Shown here piece by piece: positions 41,216 through 49,424 of a stretch of 64,000 nucleotides of DNA. The notes beneath the pieces are model-generated. The model ran no database searches. It was not told the DNA's origin and was given only the letters and a program-made list of their open reading frames with translations. The stretch spans positions 1 through 64,000 of the forward strand of contig JAYZQJ010000227.1 of the NCBI GenBank assembly GCA_036149055.1, given 5' to 3'. Every line of letters starts with the position of its first letter. The stretch's first letter is position 1. This DNA comes from Myxococcota bacterium. Its GTDB lineage: Bacteria; Myxococcota_A; Polyangia; Polyangiales; Sandaracinaceae. A program made the position numbers and the translations under genes.

Positions 41216-42418
41216 ATGACCGACTCCCAGCATCCCACCGTGGCCGGCTTCTCGTTCGCCGCCACGCACTGCGGCATCAAGAGCAACGGGGCCCTCGACC
41301 TCGGCCTGATCGTCGCCGACGACGCCGTCTCCGTGGCCGGCATGTTCACCAAGAACCGGGTGAAGGCCGCGCCGGTCGAGCTCTCGATGCAGCGCGTCGA
41401 GCGCGGGCGCGCGCAGGCCATCGTCGTCAACAGCGGCAACGCCAACGCGTGCACCGGCAAGAAGGGCAAGGAGGACGCCCGGGTGATCACGTCGATCGTC
41501 GCCGACGAGCTCGGCGTGGCCGACGACATGGTCCTGATGGCGTCGACCGGGATCATCGGTCACCCGCTCCCCTCCGAGCGCATCGAGAACGTGCTGCCCG
41601 ATCTGCTGAAGTCGGCGACCCCCGATCAGATCGACCCGTTCGCGCGGTGCATCATGACCACCGATCGCTGGCCGAAGATCTCGTCGATCAAGTTCCCGAT
41701 CGGTCAGGACCAGGAGGTCACGGTCCTCGGCATCGCCAAGGGCGCCGGCATGATCCACCCGGACATGGCGACCACCCTGGCCTTCGTGCTCACCGACGCG
41801 CCGATGCACAGCTCGTTCTTGAGCCGCGCGCTCAACACCGCGGTCGACCGGACCTTCAACCAGCTCACCGTCGACGGCTGCACGAGCACCAACGACTCCA
41901 TCTTCGCGATGAGCTCCAACAAGGTGCAGGCGGAGCCGCTCCGGGGCAGCGACCGGGACGCGCGCCGCTTCATCGACGCGCTGGTCGACGTGCTCGGCGA
42001 GCTCGGCCGCCGCATCGTGCAGGACGGCGAGGGCGCCAAGCACGTGGTGAGCCTCGAGGTCATCGGCGCGCCGAGCGAGGACGCGGCTCGCAAGGTGGGC
42101 GAGGCGATCGCCTCCAGCCTGCTCGTCAAGGCGGCGGTCTACGGTCGAGACCCGAACTGGGGCCGCATCATGGCGGCCGCGGGCACGGCGGGCGTCGCCT
42201 TCGACCCGACCAAGGTCGACATCAAGATCGGCAAGGTCACCGTCTGCAAGAAGGGCATGGGCGTGGGCCGCGACGCCGAGGAGGACGCGCGCCGGGTCAT
42301 GAACGACCCGAGCTACCGCATCACGGTGAAGCTCGGCCCGGGCAAGGCCAAGAGCACCTACACCTTCTGCGACATCGGCGAGGACTACCTCCGCCTCAAC
42401 GCGGCCTACCGCACCTGA
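41216..42418 (+). CDS. argJ: Bifunctional ornithine acetyltransferase/N-acetylglutamate synthase
   Basis: NSGNANACTG, ASTGIIG, IMTTD, KGAGMIHPDMATTL, DGEGA, DPNWGRI. Confidence 0.97.
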   Translation: MTDSQHPTVAGFSFAATHCGIKSNGALDLGLIVADDAVSVAGMFTKNRVKAAPVELSMQRVERGRAQAIVVNSGNANACTGKKGKEDARVITSIVADELGVADDMVLMASTGIIGHPLPSERIENVLPDLLKSATPDQIDPFARCIMTTDRWPKISSIKFPIGQDQEVTVLGIAKGAGMIHPDMATTLAFVLTDAPMHSSFLSRALNTAVDRTFNQLTVDGCTSTNDSIFAMSSNKVQAEPLRGSDRDARRFIDALVDVLGELGRRIVQDGEGAKHVVSLEVIGAPSEDAARKVGEAIASSLLVKAAVYGRDPNWGRIMAAAGTAGVAFDPTKVDIKIGKVTVCKKGMGVGRDAEEDARRVMNDPSYRITVKLGPGKAKSTYTFCDIGEDYLRLNAAYRT

Positions 42419-42425
42419 GCGGTCC

Positions 42426-43262
42426 ATGACCGAGCTCGCCCGCTGCGCGGCGCACCCCGACGTCCCGGCGTCGGAGACGTGCGCGCGCTGCGGCGACTAC
42501 TACTGCCGCGGCTGCGCCGACCCTCGCCACGCGAGCGTGTGCATCCGCTGCGGCGAGCGGCTCCCGAGCGGCATCGCCTGGGAGGATCGACGTCACGGCG
42601 TCTTGCCATGGCGCTGGCTGAAGACGGTCGCCCAGATCGTGCTCCGCCCGAGGGTGGCCTTCCCCGGGCCGGCGCGCTTCGGCGCCTCGGTGGGCTTCGC
42701 CGCCGCATGCGGCCTCGCCATCGGTGTGCTGCTCGTGTCGATCGGCGCCGCCCTCCTCGTCCCGCCCGACGGCCTGCTCCGCCAGCTCCTCGGCGGCCGC
42801 ACCCCCGCGCTGCTCGGCCTCAGCGGCGCCTTCGTGCTCGGCGTCCCGGTGGGCTTCACCGTCGCCTGGACCGCGGCCTCGGGGCTCTCCTTCGCCGCCG
42901 GGCTCGCCAGCGTGGGGCGGAGCCGCGGCGCGCTCCGCTTCGGGCTGCGGGCGTGCGGCTACGCGCAGGCGATCACCCTGCTGGCGGTGCTCGTGCCCTT
43001 CTGCTTCGCCCTCCCCGCCCAGCTCGTGGGCGACAGCCGGCTCCTGTTCCAGCTCGGGCACGCGAGCTGGATCGCCAGCAGCCTCGCCTGGCCCCTCCTC
43101 ACCGGGCGGGTCTGCTTCTGGGCCGGGCGCGGCCTCGGCCTCGACACGTCGCGCGCGATGATGGCCGCCATCGGGCCGACCTTCGCCTGCGCGCCGCTCG
43201 CGGCGTTCGTCACCGATCAGCAGCTCGAGCTCCTCGCCCAGTCCGCGGCGCTCGGCGTCTGA
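42426..43262 (+). CDS. Membrane protein with N-terminal B-box-like Cys/His motif
   Basis: CAAHP..CARCGDYYCRGC..CIRC then multiple TM segments. Confidence 0.7.
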   Translation: MTELARCAAHPDVPASETCARCGDYYCRGCADPRHASVCIRCGERLPSGIAWEDRRHGVLPWRWLKTVAQIVLRPRVAFPGPARFGASVGFAAACGLAIGVLLVSIGAALLVPPDGLLRQLLGGRTPALLGLSGAFVLGVPVGFTVAWTAASGLSFAAGLASVGRSRGALRFGLRACGYAQAITLLAVLVPFCFALPAQLVGDSRLLFQLGHASWIASSLAWPLLTGRVCFWAGRGLGLDTSRAMMAAIGPTFACAPLAAFVTDQQLELLAQSAALGV

Positions 43263-43304
43263 ATGCCGCCGCCGTTGCCAACGTCCATCCCCGGGACCAC
43301 CTTC

Positions 43305-43619
43305 ATGCCCGTGAACCGCCTCGCCCCGCTCCTCGGCCTCGCCGCCCTCCTGGCGCTCCCGATGATCGCGCTCGCCCAGAACCAGGTCCCGGAGTGCGTG
43401 ACCGTCAGCCACTCCGCCCGCTGGGGCGCGGCCGGCTACGATCACTGGGTCCGGGTCGACAACGGCTGCGAGCGCGCCGTCCGCTGCACGGTCGCCACGA
43501 ACGTGAACCCCGACCCGTCCACGATCCGTGTCCCCGCCGGTCAGTCGGAGGAGGTCCTGACCTGGCGCGGCTCCCCCGCCAGCGAGTTCACCCCCCGCGT
43601 GACCTGCGAAGAACAGTGA
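43305..43619 (+). CDS. Small secreted 4-Cys beta protein (tendamistat-like pattern)
   Basis: Signal peptide ending ALA; PECVT..DNGC..V.C..VPAGQ..V. Confidence 0.7.
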   Translation: MPVNRLAPLLGLAALLALPMIALAQNQVPECVTVSHSARWGAAGYDHWVRVDNGCERAVRCTVATNVNPDPSTIRVPAGQSEEVLTWRGSPASEFTPRVTCEEQ

Positions 43620-43626
43620 GCCGGCG

Positions 43627-44340
43627 TCAGCTCTCTTCGATCGCGCGCCTGACCACGCGGTCGAGGTCTTCGAGCGCGCTGGCCTCGGCAGCGTCCGCGC
43701 GCGGATTGCCCGCGGCGACGGCGCGCGCGGACTCGCGGACGGCCTCGGCGCAGGCGGCGACGACGAAGAGGAAGGCGCCCTGCGCGGGGTCGCCGGCGGC
43801 CGCGAGCACGTCGAGGCGGGCCGGCCCCTCGGGGGACGAGAGCGCGACCTGCACGCCGACGCCGAGGTAGGCGCTGCGGGCGCGGGCCTGATCGAGCCGG
43901 AGCGCCTCGCGCTGCGCTTCGCCGGCCGCCAGCCCCTCGGCGCCGCGGGCGACCAGCGCCGCCGCGCGCGCCGCCTCCGCGCTGCCCGGCTCGGCCGCGC
44001 TCCGGTAGCCGCCCGCGCCGAAGCCCGAGACGGCCACCGCCTCGCAGGCCTCCGCCGCCGCCAGGAGCTCGGCCGGCTCGGCGCCGCCCACCGACAGCTC
44101 GAGCGCGCGGACGACCGGCTCGGGGGCCTCGGTGAAGGTGTCGACGGCGGTGAGCACCGCGGCCGCGGTCGCCTCGACGAGCACCTCGACCGGCGTGCCC
44201 CCGACCGCGGCGAGCCAGAGGCGATGATCGGCCCGGGCGACGCGCGCCCACGCGGCGTCGAACTCGAGCTCCGCCTCCTTCACCTCGGCGACGAGCGCGT
44301 CGGGGGCGTCGGCGGACTCCAAGAGCGCGTGCAGCTCCAT
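43627..44340 (-). CDS. Hypothetical Ala-rich protein
   Basis: ORF fills the gap on the same strand as the upstream regulator; CATACT 6 nt before ATG. Confidence 0.7.
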   Translation of the reverse strand: MELHALLESADAPDALVAEVKEAELEFDAAWARVARADHRLWLAAVGGTPVEVLVEATAAAVLTAVDTFTEAPEPVVRALELSVGGAEPAELLAAAEACEAVAVSGFGAGGYRSAAEPGSAEAARAAALVARGAEGLAAGEAQREALRLDQARARSAYLGVGVQVALSSPEGPARLDVLAAAGDPAQGAFLFVVAACAEAVRESARAVAAGNPRADAAEASALEDLDRVVRRAIEES

Positions 44341-44355
44341 GACCCGAGTATGGGG

Positions 44356-45738
44356 TCATTCGAGGTCGAGGCGGCGGAGCTTCTTCCAGAGCGTCGAGCG
44401 CGACACGCCGAGCAGCTCGGCGGCCTTGCTCTTGTTGCCCTCGGTGTGCTTCAGCGTCGCCTCGATGTGCCGGCGCTCGGCGTCGTCGCAGGCCTCGCGG
44501 GCCACGTCCTCGAGCCGCCGCGGCACGAACGGCGCCGGGGCGTCCGGGGGCAGCGAGCTGACGAGCGGCTCGTGCGCCCGCCCGAGCACCGAGGCGACGT
44601 CGTCCGGGCTGACCTCGGGGCCGTCGATCAGGAGCGCGAGCCGCTCGACCACGTTGCGCAGCTCCCGCACGTTCCCGGGCCAGGCGTGGTCCGCGAGGTG
44701 GGTGAGCGCCTCGGGCGTGAAGCGGACCGGGCCCCGGCCGGTCTGGCGCCGCACGTCCGAGAGGATGGCCTTGGCGAGCGCGGGCACGTCGGCGCGGCGC
44801 TGACGGAGCGGCGGCACCCGGATCACCACCGACGCCAGCCGGTAGTACAGATCGGCCCGCATGCGCCCCGCCGCGACCTCGGCCTCCGGGTCCCGGTTGG
44901 TGGCGGCCACGATGCGCACGTCGCCGTGGACCTCCCGCCGGGCGCCGACCGGGTAGTAGCGGTGGGTCTCGATCACGCGGAGGAGCTTGGCCTGCAGCTC
45001 GGTGCGGAGCTCGGCGATCTCGTCGAGCAGGAGCGTGCCTCCGTCGGCCGCGGCGAAGAACCCGCTCCGGTCGGTGCGCGCGTCGGTGAAGGCGCCGCGC
45101 ACCGCGCCGAAGAGCTCCGCCTCGATCATGGTGTCGGGGATGGCGGCGACGTTGATCCGCACGAAGGGGCCGCGCGCCCGGTTGGACTGGCGGTGCAGGT
45201 AGGCGGCCACGATCTCCTTGCCCACCCCGCTCTCGCCCACCAGGAGGACGGCGGTGTCGCTACCCGCGGTGCGGCGCGCGAGCTCGAGCGTCGCCCTCAT
45301 CGCCTCCGACTGCGCGGTCGCGGCCGGGTCCGGATCGTCCTGCACGGTCCGCTGCAGGAAGTCGACGCGCCGCCGGAGCCGGGTCGTCTCGACCACCCGG
45401 TCGAGCACGTGCTCGAGCGCCTTCATCGTGAGCGGCTTGTTGACGTAGTCCGCCGCCCCCGCCCGCATCGCGTCGACCGCGGTGGTCACGTCGGTGTCCC
45501 CGGTGACCACGATGACCGGGGGCGCGTCGTCGCCGGAGATGCGGCGCAGCAGATCCAGCCCGCTCATGCCCGGGAGGTGGAGGTCGGTGACGACGACGTC
45601 GACCATCTCGCGGCCGAGCGCCTCGACCGCGTCCTCCGCCGACGGGACATGAGAGACCTGGTGCCCGCCGCGCGACAGGTATTGCTCCATCATGCGCGAC
45701 TCGAACGGGTCGTCTTCGACGATGAGTACGGAGGGCAC
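44356..45738 (-). CDS. sigma54-dependent response regulator (NtrC/AtoC family)
   Basis: Receiver VLIVEDD..TDLHLP; GESGVGKE, ELFG..GAFTDA, LLDEI, WPGNVREL; Fis HTH. Confidence 0.95.
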   Translation of the reverse strand: MPSVLIVEDDPFESRMMEQYLSRGGHQVSHVPSAEDAVEALGREMVDVVVTDLHLPGMSGLDLLRRISGDDAPPVIVVTGDTDVTTAVDAMRAGAADYVNKPLTMKALEHVLDRVVETTRLRRRVDFLQRTVQDDPDPAATAQSEAMRATLELARRTAGSDTAVLLVGESGVGKEIVAAYLHRQSNRARGPFVRINVAAIPDTMIEAELFGAVRGAFTDARTDRSGFFAAADGGTLLLDEIAELRTELQAKLLRVIETHRYYPVGARREVHGDVRIVAATNRDPEAEVAAGRMRADLYYRLASVVIRVPPLRQRRADVPALAKAILSDVRRQTGRGPVRFTPEALTHLADHAWPGNVRELRNVVERLALLIDGPEVSPDDVASVLGRAHEPLVSSLPPDAPAPFVPRRLEDVAREACDDAERRHIEATLKHTEGNKSKAAELLGVSRSTLWKKLRRLDLE

Positions 45739-45808
45739 CGAGGCGATCCTATCAGCCGCGCGAACCGCGGGTGTCCAGACTTCGCCCCTCAGCGCTACCA
45801 TCCCCGCC

Positions 45809-46693
45809 ATGACGCCCGCCGAACGAGACGCGATCCTCGGCGCGCTGCCCGACGGGGCGCTCGCGGAGCGCTACGCCGGCGGGGTGGCGAGCCTGATCGT
45901 CGCCCACGACGGCGCGCTGGTCGACGGCGCGGTCGGGCTGGGCCCCGAGCCCGAGGTCTGGCGCCGACCGCTGCCGCACTCCGACCCGGCGCAGCTGCAG
46001 CGCTGGCTCGAGATGATCGAGCGGCGGCGCGGGCAGCTGGCCCACGACCTCAGCGGACCGGCCACCGGGGTGATGGCCGCGCTCGAGACGGTGCTGGAGT
46101 TCGAGCCGATCCCCGACTCGTCGCGCCGGCTGCTGACCGAGGCGCGCTCCGGCATGCTGCGGCTCACCCGGCTGCTCGACGATCGCAGCGGGCTGGTGAA
46201 CGCGCGGAGCAACGCGGTCGCCGCGCCCCTCGTCTCGCTGGTCGAGCACTGGTGCCAGAACCTGCGGGAGGCCTACGACCCGGATCACGAGCGCTTCCAG
46301 ACCCGCGTCGTCGCCTCGCTGTCGGAGGCGCGGGTGGACGCCACCCTCGCGCAGGGCGCGCTCTCGGTCATGTTCGCCAACGCCTGGAAGTTCCGGAAGG
46401 GGCAGCGGGCGGAGCTCGAGGTCCGGGCGGAGCAGCTCGGCGGCCGCCTGCACCTCGAGGTGACCGACGATGGCCGAGGCATCGACTCCGACACTTGCCG
46501 ACAGGCGGGGGAGCTCGGCTTCTCGGGGCGCGCGAACGGCGTGGGCTGCGGGCTCTTCCTGCTGCGCTGGGCGTCGCGAGGCCCGAGCCCGGGGGTGGTC
46601 ATCATTGCCCCGTCACCAAACGGTGGCACCAGAACGGCGATGTTTCTTCCGATGAACAATATCACCCCACCTCGGGGACAGGTGTTCGGCTGA
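45809..46693 (+). CDS. Cytoplasmic sensor histidine kinase, divergent from the sigma54 response regulator
   Basis: LAHDLSGP H-box, FANAWKF N-box, VTDDGRGID, GVGCGL. Confidence 0.8.
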   Translation: MTPAERDAILGALPDGALAERYAGGVASLIVAHDGALVDGAVGLGPEPEVWRRPLPHSDPAQLQRWLEMIERRRGQLAHDLSGPATGVMAALETVLEFEPIPDSSRRLLTEARSGMLRLTRLLDDRSGLVNARSNAVAAPLVSLVEHWCQNLREAYDPDHERFQTRVVASLSEARVDATLAQGALSVMFANAWKFRKGQRAELEVRAEQLGGRLHLEVTDDGRGIDSDTCRQAGELGFSGRANGVGCGLFLLRWASRGPSPGVVIIAPSPNGGTRTAMFLPMNNITPPRGQVFG

Positions 46694-46714
46694 CGAAACA
46701 CTGTTCACATCGTC

Positions 46715-46729
46715 GAACACCGGGTGTTC
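46715..46729. promoter_or_regulatory. Dyad GAACAC-CGG-GTGTTC, candidate enhancer (UAS)
   Basis: Perfect 6-bp arms about 55 bp upstream of a -24/-12 promoter; extra TGTTC half-sites nearby. Confidence 0.45.
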
Positions 46730-46782
46730 TGACCGAGAAACGCATCTCCCGGGAAAGCGCAACGATTCCGTGACGGCGAAGC

Positions 46783-46797
46783 CGGCCCGGGGATTGC
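46783..46797 (+). promoter_or_regulatory. sigma54 -24/-12 promoter CGGCCCG-GGGA-TTGC
   Basis: GG-N10-GC spacing with TTGC, 15 nt upstream of ATG 46813. Confidence 0.55.
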
Positions 46798-46812
46798 GTC
46801 ATCTCCAGCCGA

Positions 46813-47517
46813 ATGGCTTCACGTGCATTCGCTTCCAGCGCCCCCGGCCCTTCGGCGGCGCTCATCGTCGAGGAGGTCCTCGCCAGCGTGCTCTCTCCGG
46901 AGCGCCGCGGTGAGGTGATCGGCGAGGCGCTCGGCATGGCGGCCATCCCCGCCATCCCCGACTCGCCGGCCAGCCTCCGGGTCTTCGTCGAGGGCGCCCT
47001 GTTCTCGACCCTCGCCCGGCACCTCGAGGTGTCGGACGCGCTCGAGCTGGTGGGCCAGATCCGCTCGGCGCTCGAGCTGGCGATGGACACGCTCGAGGAC
47101 CAGCGCCCGACCTCCGACATCCACACCCGGATGTCGCTCCCGGCGGGGCCTCAGCGCGTGCTCGTGGTCAGCCAGGCCTCGCTGGTCGTCTTCCTGCTGC
47201 AGGACGTGGTCGGCGACGCGGTCGAGGTCCTCCCGGTGTCGAACACCCCGGACCTGCGCGATCGCCTCCGCCGCATGTCCGGCCAGGCGCTCCTCGTGGT
47301 GATCGACCGGAAGCACCCCTGCGTGGGCCCCGGCGTCTGCAACCTGCTCCGCACCGAGCTCGGCCCCGACAGCACGGTGATCTGGTGGGGCGCGCACGGC
47401 GCCGAGCGCGAAGAGGTCGCCCGACGGCTCCGGGGCGGACCGCAGGCGATCCCCTGCGACTTCGACCTCCGGCTCACCGACCTCGGCGATCTCTGCCAGC
47501 GCTTGCTGGAAGAGTAG
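46813..47517 (+). CDS. Hypothetical protein with possible degenerate receiver-like C-terminal domain
   Basis: RVLVVSQ..LLVVID alpha/beta pattern lacking the DD pocket. Confidence 0.65.
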   Translation: MASRAFASSAPGPSAALIVEEVLASVLSPERRGEVIGEALGMAAIPAIPDSPASLRVFVEGALFSTLARHLEVSDALELVGQIRSALELAMDTLEDQRPTSDIHTRMSLPAGPQRVLVVSQASLVVFLLQDVVGDAVEVLPVSNTPDLRDRLRRMSGQALLVVIDRKHPCVGPGVCNLLRTELGPDSTVIWWGAHGAEREEVARRLRGGPQAIPCDFDLRLTDLGDLCQRLLEE

Positions 47518-47520
47518 CGG

Positions 47521-47946
47521 TCACTTCTTCTTGGTCGCGCTCTCGACGAGGTCCTCGAACACCTCGCCGAGGATGCCGCGACCGCGCGGGCTGGCCGCGG
47601 CCGCGCCGAGCGCGCTGATGCCGGTGGCCGCGAGCCCGAGCAGCTGCTGTTGACGGCGCTGCTCCTCCCGCTCCTTCTTGCGGGCCTCGGCGCCCTCGAA
47701 CGCTTCGCCACAGTGGGCGCAGCTCGACCGCGCGACCGAGCTGGACTGGGCGCAGAAGAGGCACACCGCCTGGAGCGAGCCGTTGCACCGCGCGCAGCGG
47801 AGGCGGCTCGGCAGGTTGTCGTCCCCGCAGGCCGGGCAGCTCACGCCGGCGGGCGCGCCCGGGAAGGGGGTGTCGCAGTAGGAGCAGGCGACCAGCCCGG
47901 TGAGGGACGGCGCGCCGCAGGCCTCGCACTCGGCTGGCGTGGTCAC
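47521..47946 (-). CDS. Zinc-ribbon (multi-CxxC) protein
   Basis: Six CxxC pairs followed by a coiled segment. Confidence 0.8.
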   Translation of the reverse strand: MTTPAECEACGAPSLTGLVACSYCDTPFPGAPAGVSCPACGDDNLPSRLRCARCNGSLQAVCLFCAQSSSVARSSCAHCGEAFEGAEARKKEREEQRRQQQLLGLAATGISALGAAAASPRGRGILGEVFEDLVESATKKK

Positions 47947-47996
47947 AGCGAGGTCGAGGATACCCAGGCCCGGCCGCTCCGTGCTAGCACCAAGCC

Positions 47997-48641
47997 GTGG
48001 CCGACCCGTTGCCGCTGGTCGTGCTCGTCAGCGGGCGCGGCTCGAACCTGCACGCCATCGCCGACGCGATCGACGCCGGAGCCTGCCGCGCCCGGATCGT
48101 CGGCGTGGTCTCCGACCGCGGCCCGGAGCGCTGCGAGGCGCTCGGCTGGGCGTCCGAGCGCGGCGTGCGGACGCAGACCGTCTCCCCGAAGGCGCACCCC
48201 GACCGGGCCGCCTGGGACGCCGCCCTCACCGACGCGGTGGCGGGCTTCTCGCCGGAGCTGGTGGTGCTCGCCGGCTTCATGCGGATCGTCGGCGAGACCT
48301 TCCTCGGTCGCTTCGGGGGCCGGACGCTCAACGTGCATCCGTCGCTGCTCCCCTCCTTCCCCGGCCTGGCCGCCCCCGAGCAGGCCATCGACGCCGGGGT
48401 GCGGATCAGCGGCTGCACCGTGCACCTGGTCGACGCCGGAGTCGACACCGGGCCCATCCTCGCTCAGGCCGCGGTCCCGGTCCGCCCGACCGACGACGCC
48501 GCCGCGCTCCACGCCCGCATCCAGCAGCACGAGCACCGCCTGCTGCCGCAGGTGATCGACTGGCTCGCCACCGGGGCCCTCTCCCTCGAGGAGCGGCGGG
48601 CCCCCGACGCCGACGGCGTGCTCTTCTCTCCCGGGGTGTGA
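47997..48641 (+). CDS. purN: Phosphoribosylglycinamide formyltransferase
   Basis: LVSGRGSNL, LAGFMRI, NVHPSLLPSFPG, GCTVHLVD.GVDTGPI, EHRLLP. Confidence 0.97.
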   Translation: MADPLPLVVLVSGRGSNLHAIADAIDAGACRARIVGVVSDRGPERCEALGWASERGVRTQTVSPKAHPDRAAWDAALTDAVAGFSPELVVLAGFMRIVGETFLGRFGGRTLNVHPSLLPSFPGLAAPEQAIDAGVRISGCTVHLVDAGVDTGPILAQAAVPVRPTDDAAALHARIQQHEHRLLPQVIDWLATGALSLEERRAPDADGVLFSPGV

Positions 48642-48781
48642 GCGAGCTTGGCGCGCCGGCGCTTGCCGGATCGAGCAAGAGTTGCGTGAAGGGCCGACCG
48701 GCGCTCGCGCAGGCCTCTGCAGCTCCGTTTTCACTGTGATCCCGAAGACTTGGTCCCTGCATCGGCCGCGGGCACGCCGCC

Positions 48782-48796
48782 TGGCGCGGCGGTTGC
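48782..48796 (+). promoter_or_regulatory. sigma54 -24/-12 promoter TGGCGCG-GCGG-TTGC
   Basis: One mismatch to TGGCACG-N4-TTGC; 60 nt upstream of the gene at 48857, which has an AGGAG RBS. Confidence 0.65.
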
Positions 48797-48856
48797 GGAA
48801 GGGGAGGACGTGCCGCGCCATGGAGACGCGGCCCGCGCAAACCTCAGGAGACCACC

Positions 48857-49291
48857 ATGAACTTCGATCTCAACCAGCTCGCCGCCGCCGCCAACGCCCC
48901 CGACACCGAGGAGGGCACGCTCGACATGCCCAAGGCGATCATGGGCGCCCTCGCGGGAGCGCTCGTCATCGGCCTCGTCTACGGCGTGGTCGGCCGCTTC
49001 GTCGCCGAGTTCAGCTACCTGGCCGTCCTCATCGGGACCGCCAGCGGCCTCGCGGCGGTGCGTCTCGGCGGCAAGGCCAGCCGCACGGCCGGCATCGTGG
49101 CCGCGGTGGCCTCGCTGGTGATGGTCCTCGCCGCCAAGATCCTCGTCGGCGCGCCCGCGGGCAGCAGCTGGATCAGCTACCACACCACCCTCTTCGACAT
49201 CATCTTCTGCTACATCGCCAACCCCGTCGCGGCCTTCGCCGCGGGCGGCACCGGCGTGGGGCGCGGCCTGCTCTCGAAGCTGCCCTTCTGA
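48857..49291 (+). CDS. Small integral membrane protein (about 4 TM)
   Basis: AGGAG RBS; hydrophobic segments. Confidence 0.8.
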   Translation: MNFDLNQLAAAANAPDTEEGTLDMPKAIMGALAGALVIGLVYGVVGRFVAEFSYLAVLIGTASGLAAVRLGGKASRTAGIVAAVASLVMVLAAKILVGAPAGSSWISYHTTLFDIIFCYIANPVAAFAAGGTGVGRGLLSKLPF

Positions 49292-49300
49292 ACGGAATCC

Positions 49301-49390
49301 CTTCTTTGCGCGGCCGGTCGGGGCCTCGCGTCACAATGGTGTGAGGGGAGGCCTCGGCCGGACACTTCTCTCGGGCACCGCGCAAGGAAG
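49301..49390 (+). ncRNA. Candidate structured RNA (nested three-stem hairpin) in a 3' region
   Basis: 49301-49313/49378-49390, 49314-49327/49348-49361 and 49331-49335/49340-49344 pair; all three non-WC pairs are G-U on the + strand. Confidence 0.4.
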
Positions 49391-49392
49391 CC

Positions 49393-49419
49393 GCGAGGAC
49401 CTCGTCACGAGGTCCTCGC
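49393..49419. terminator. 12-bp stem hairpin between convergent genes, probable terminator
   Basis: GCGAGGACCTCG-TCA-CGAGGTCCTCGC followed by AATTTT. Confidence 0.65.
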
Positions 49420-49424
49420 AATTT

